A stretch of DNA of 46,464 nucleotides from Gaiellaceae bacterium (GTDB taxonomy: Bacteria > Actinomycetota > Thermoleophilia > Gaiellales > Gaiellaceae): positions 1-46,464 of the forward strand of contig DASQQF010000147.1 in the NCBI GenBank assembly GCA_035643535.1, given 5' to 3'. Of the stretch, positions 44,501-46,464 are shown in pieces. How positions within the stretch are numbered: position 1 is the stretch's first letter; every line of letters starts with the position of its first letter. The position numbers and the translations under genes are program-made. Under the pieces are notes generated by a model. The model saw nothing but the letters and a program-made list of their open reading frames with translations, was not told where the DNA came from and ran no database searches.

Positions 44501-45873
44501 ACGACGCGTCCTTCCCCGCCCCGCCGCGGATCTCCCGCCGCCGCGAGCGAGCCGTCGTCGCGCACCTCGACGGCGGCGACGCCGCCGAAGAAGAGGTTCC
44601 GTCCGCGCCAGCGCACCACCGGGTACCCGGCCTCCTCGAGCTCGCCGGCCGCTGCCGCGTCCTCGCAGTGGGCGACGCCCTCCTCGACGTGGATGCGCGG
44701 CGCCTCGACCGCCTCCCGCACCCCGAGCCGGCGGGCGGCGACGTTCGCCACGACCTGAAGGATCGCGCCGCGCAGGCGCACGCTGCCCGCCGAGCCGATC
44801 ACGAGCCGCAGCCTGCCCTCGTGCAGGAGCAGCGAGGGCGCCATCATCGAGGTCAGCCGGTCGCCCGGACGCCCGTCGCCGGCGAGATCCGCCTCGCCGA
44901 GCATGTTGTTGAGGTGGATGCCCGTGCCGGGGACGACGACGCCGCTCCCCGACCCGAGCGACGACGAGAGCGACGCCGCGTCGCCCGCACCGTCGACGAC
45001 GCTGACGTGCGTCGTCCCCCCGGTCCCGCCGACCCGCGCCGCCTCCTGCGCCTCCATCGCGTGCGCGACCGCGAGCGGCGTCGGGTCGGCTTCGCCGAGC
45101 GCGTCCAGTCCCACCGCGAGGAGGCGGCCACCGCTCGACGGGGGCGGGTTCGTCCGGAACTCGCCGCCGCGGAACGGCGCCGCGAGCGGCTCCCGCTCCA
45201 GCACCTCGTAGCGCGCGAGGTCGTCCGGCGTGAGCGCGGCATGGGCGGCGAGCCGCTCGGCGAGCTCGCCGCGGTAGAGGCAGCCGCCGCCCTCCGCCGC
45301 GAGGCGGCCGAGCGTCTCGGCGAGCTCGGGCAGCCGAAACCGCTCACCCGCCTCGAGCGCCCTCCCGGGGCCGTACATGGCGTCGCCCTCCGGCGAGTGG
45401 CGGAGCAGCGGGTCGAGGATCCGGTGGAGGTACGCCTGCTGCCGGGTGAGGACGACCCCCTCCCGCGCCAGCCGCGCGGCGGGCGCGAGGAGCTCCGGCC
45501 AGGGCACGGTGCCGAAGCGGCGATGCGCCTCCCAGAGGCCGAGCGCGGTCCCCGGAACCGCGACCGCCGCGGCGCCGGTGTGGAAGACCTGCCGGGTGTC
45601 GCCGTCGAAGTCGACCGCCAGCTCGAGCAGCTCGTCGTGCGCGGCGGGCCGCTCCGGGACGGCGACGAAGAAGTCGAGCAGGCGCGAGCGGCCGCTCTCG
45701 GCCTCGTGCACGAGCAGGAAGCCGCCGCCGCCCGGCCCGGTGAGCGGGCTCTCGCACACCCAGGCGACGGCCGCGGCCGCGATGCACGCGTCGACGGCGT
45801 TGCCGCCCGCGCGCAGGACGGCCGCACCGGCGTCGGCCGTGAGCGGATGCCCGGCGGCGATCGCGCCCTGCAT
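44497..45873 (-). CDS. ggt: Gamma-glutamyltransferase family protein (no signal peptide)
   Basis: 458 aa: GGNAVDACIAAA, GPGGGGFLL, the autoprocessing/nucleophile context GGTTHVSVVD, and GIHLNNMLGE. Confidence 0.8.
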   Translation of the reverse strand: MQGAIAAGHPLTADAGAAVLRAGGNAVDACIAAAAVAWVCESPLTGPGGGGFLLVHEAESGRSRLLDFFVAVPERPAAHDELLELAVDFDGDTRQVFHTGAAAVAVPGTALGLWEAHRRFGTVPWPELLAPAARLAREGVVLTRQQAYLHRILDPLLRHSPEGDAMYGPGRALEAGERFRLPELAETLGRLAAEGGGCLYRGELAERLAAHAALTPDDLARYEVLEREPLAAPFRGGEFRTNPPPSSGGRLLAVGLDALGEADPTPLAVAHAMEAQEAARVGGTGGTTHVSVVDGAGDAASLSSSLGSGSGVVVPGTGIHLNNMLGEADLAGDGRPGDRLTSMMAPSLLLHEGRLRLVIGSAGSVRLRGAILQVVANVAARRLGVREAVEAPRIHVEEGVAHCEDAAAAGELEEAGYPVVRWRGRNLFFGGVAAVEVRDDGSLAAAGDPRRGGEGRVV

Positions 45874-45901
45874 CCCGCGAGCCTACTGCGGGCTCACGAG
45901 G

Positions 45902-46390
45902 TCAGACGTTGCGGACGAGCTCGCCCAGCGGCTTCCGGTTCGCGCGGCCCGACCACTCCGCGGCGCTGCGGCTCTCAGCATCGCGCGGCCGGGCCGGGTA
46001 GCCGAAGGAGAGCACCGCCCGCACCTCGCCGCCGCAGAGCTCGGCCGCGGCGTCCGCGTCGCGAACGCCGTTCGGGCACGAGACGACGCCCGCCTCCCAG
46101 GCGGCGAGCATCATGTTCTGGGCGCAACGGCCCGCGTCGAAGCCCGAGGCCTCGCCCACGATCGCGACGACGAGCCTCGCCCGGCGGACGTTGGCGGGCT
46201 CGTAGACGAGCTCTGAGAGAAGCTGCCGCGAGTCGTCCTCGACGAGCACGAACTGCCAGCGCTGCCGGTTCTTCGAGCTGCCCGCCAGCCGGCCCGCGTC
46301 GAGGATCCGCTCGCGGACGTCGTCAGGGATCGGCGTTGCGGCGTAGTCCCGCACATCGCGCTTCGAGGCGATGGCGAGGTACGCGTCCAC
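45902..46390 (-). CDS. Nitroreductase family protein
   Basis: 162 aa with a GTG start: SKRDVRDY...IPDDVRERILDAGRLAGSSKNRQRWQFVLV and AQNMMLAAWEAG. Confidence 0.8.
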   Translation of the reverse strand: MDAYLAIASKRDVRDYAATPIPDDVRERILDAGRLAGSSKNRQRWQFVLVEDDSRQLLSELVYEPANVRRARLVVAIVGEASGFDAGRCAQNMMLAAWEAGVVSCPNGVRDADAAAELCGGEVRAVLSFGYPARPRDAESRSAAEWSGRANRKPLGELVRNV

Positions 46391-46396
46391 CGCGCC

Positions 46397-46464
46397 CTAA
46401 TCGCGAAGGAAGGACGGCACGTCGAGGTCGTCGCCGTTCTGCCCGGGGCGTGGGCGCGGCACCG
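46397..46464 (-). CDS. 3' end (22 codons) of a gene whose C-terminus resembles the FtsZ conserved C-terminal peptide; the gene runs off the right edge
   Basis: The minus-strand translation ...VPRPRPGQNGDDLDVPSFLRD-stop (TAG at 46397..46399) resembles the DD-[LV]-D-[IV]-P-x-F-[LM]-R tail of FtsZ proteins. Only 68 nt are available. Confidence 0.4.
   Translation of the reverse strand, partial: VPRPRPGQNGDDLDVPSFLRD

Overview
This is a very GC-rich 46.5-kb window (clearly above about 70% G+C by eye, not computed) that is almost fully coding. It looks like core chromosome of an Actinomycetota-type organism. That placement is an inference from gene order: priA / def-fmt-rsmB-rpe-ribD-ribE-ribBA-ribH / rpmB; aroF-aroA-cmk-plsC-der-gpsA-metK; dnaE-lgt-scpA-scpB ... 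rluB. I can support about 55 protein-coding genes, two of them cut by the window edges, and one decayed GNAT pseudogene. I recognise no rRNA, tRNA, CRISPR array, transposase or integrase. Most long Arg/Pro/Ala-rich ORFs in the track are antisense or off-frame shadows of real genes, as expected at this GC content. Real genes were picked by amino-acid composition, family motifs and start/stop geometry. Genes are tightly packed, with many 4-nt ATGA/GTGA/TTGA start-stop overlaps. Accessory-looking pieces are: two secreted phosphoesterase-type proteins (30.5-34.0 kb) that interrupt otherwise conserved synteny; an ABC-2 exporter behind a 347-bp structured non-coding region; a ZIP transporter with a divergent DtxR-family repressor and a perfect palindromic operator; and a stress-type cluster (K+ channel, OsmC, GNAT, GGT-like, nitroreductase) with a frameshifted GNAT remnant. 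Observations most worth follow-up: (1) a 46-nt non-coding element present twice (42/46 identical), upstream of rpmB and of der, built from three 11-nt phased units that can form alternative hairpins; (2) a stand-alone response-regulator receiver translationally coupled between a FakA-like DAK2 gene and a FakB-like DegV gene; (3) lumazine synthase RibH with an unavoidable acidic Pro/Glu/Ala-rich N-terminal tail of at least about 55-85 aa; (4) an unrecognised 109-aa ORF coupled on both sides between fmt and rsmB; (5) an ApbE without an export signal, coupled to an MsrQ-like heme membrane protein and a small ferredoxin. No database searches were run, so all family calls rest on motif recognition from the translations.
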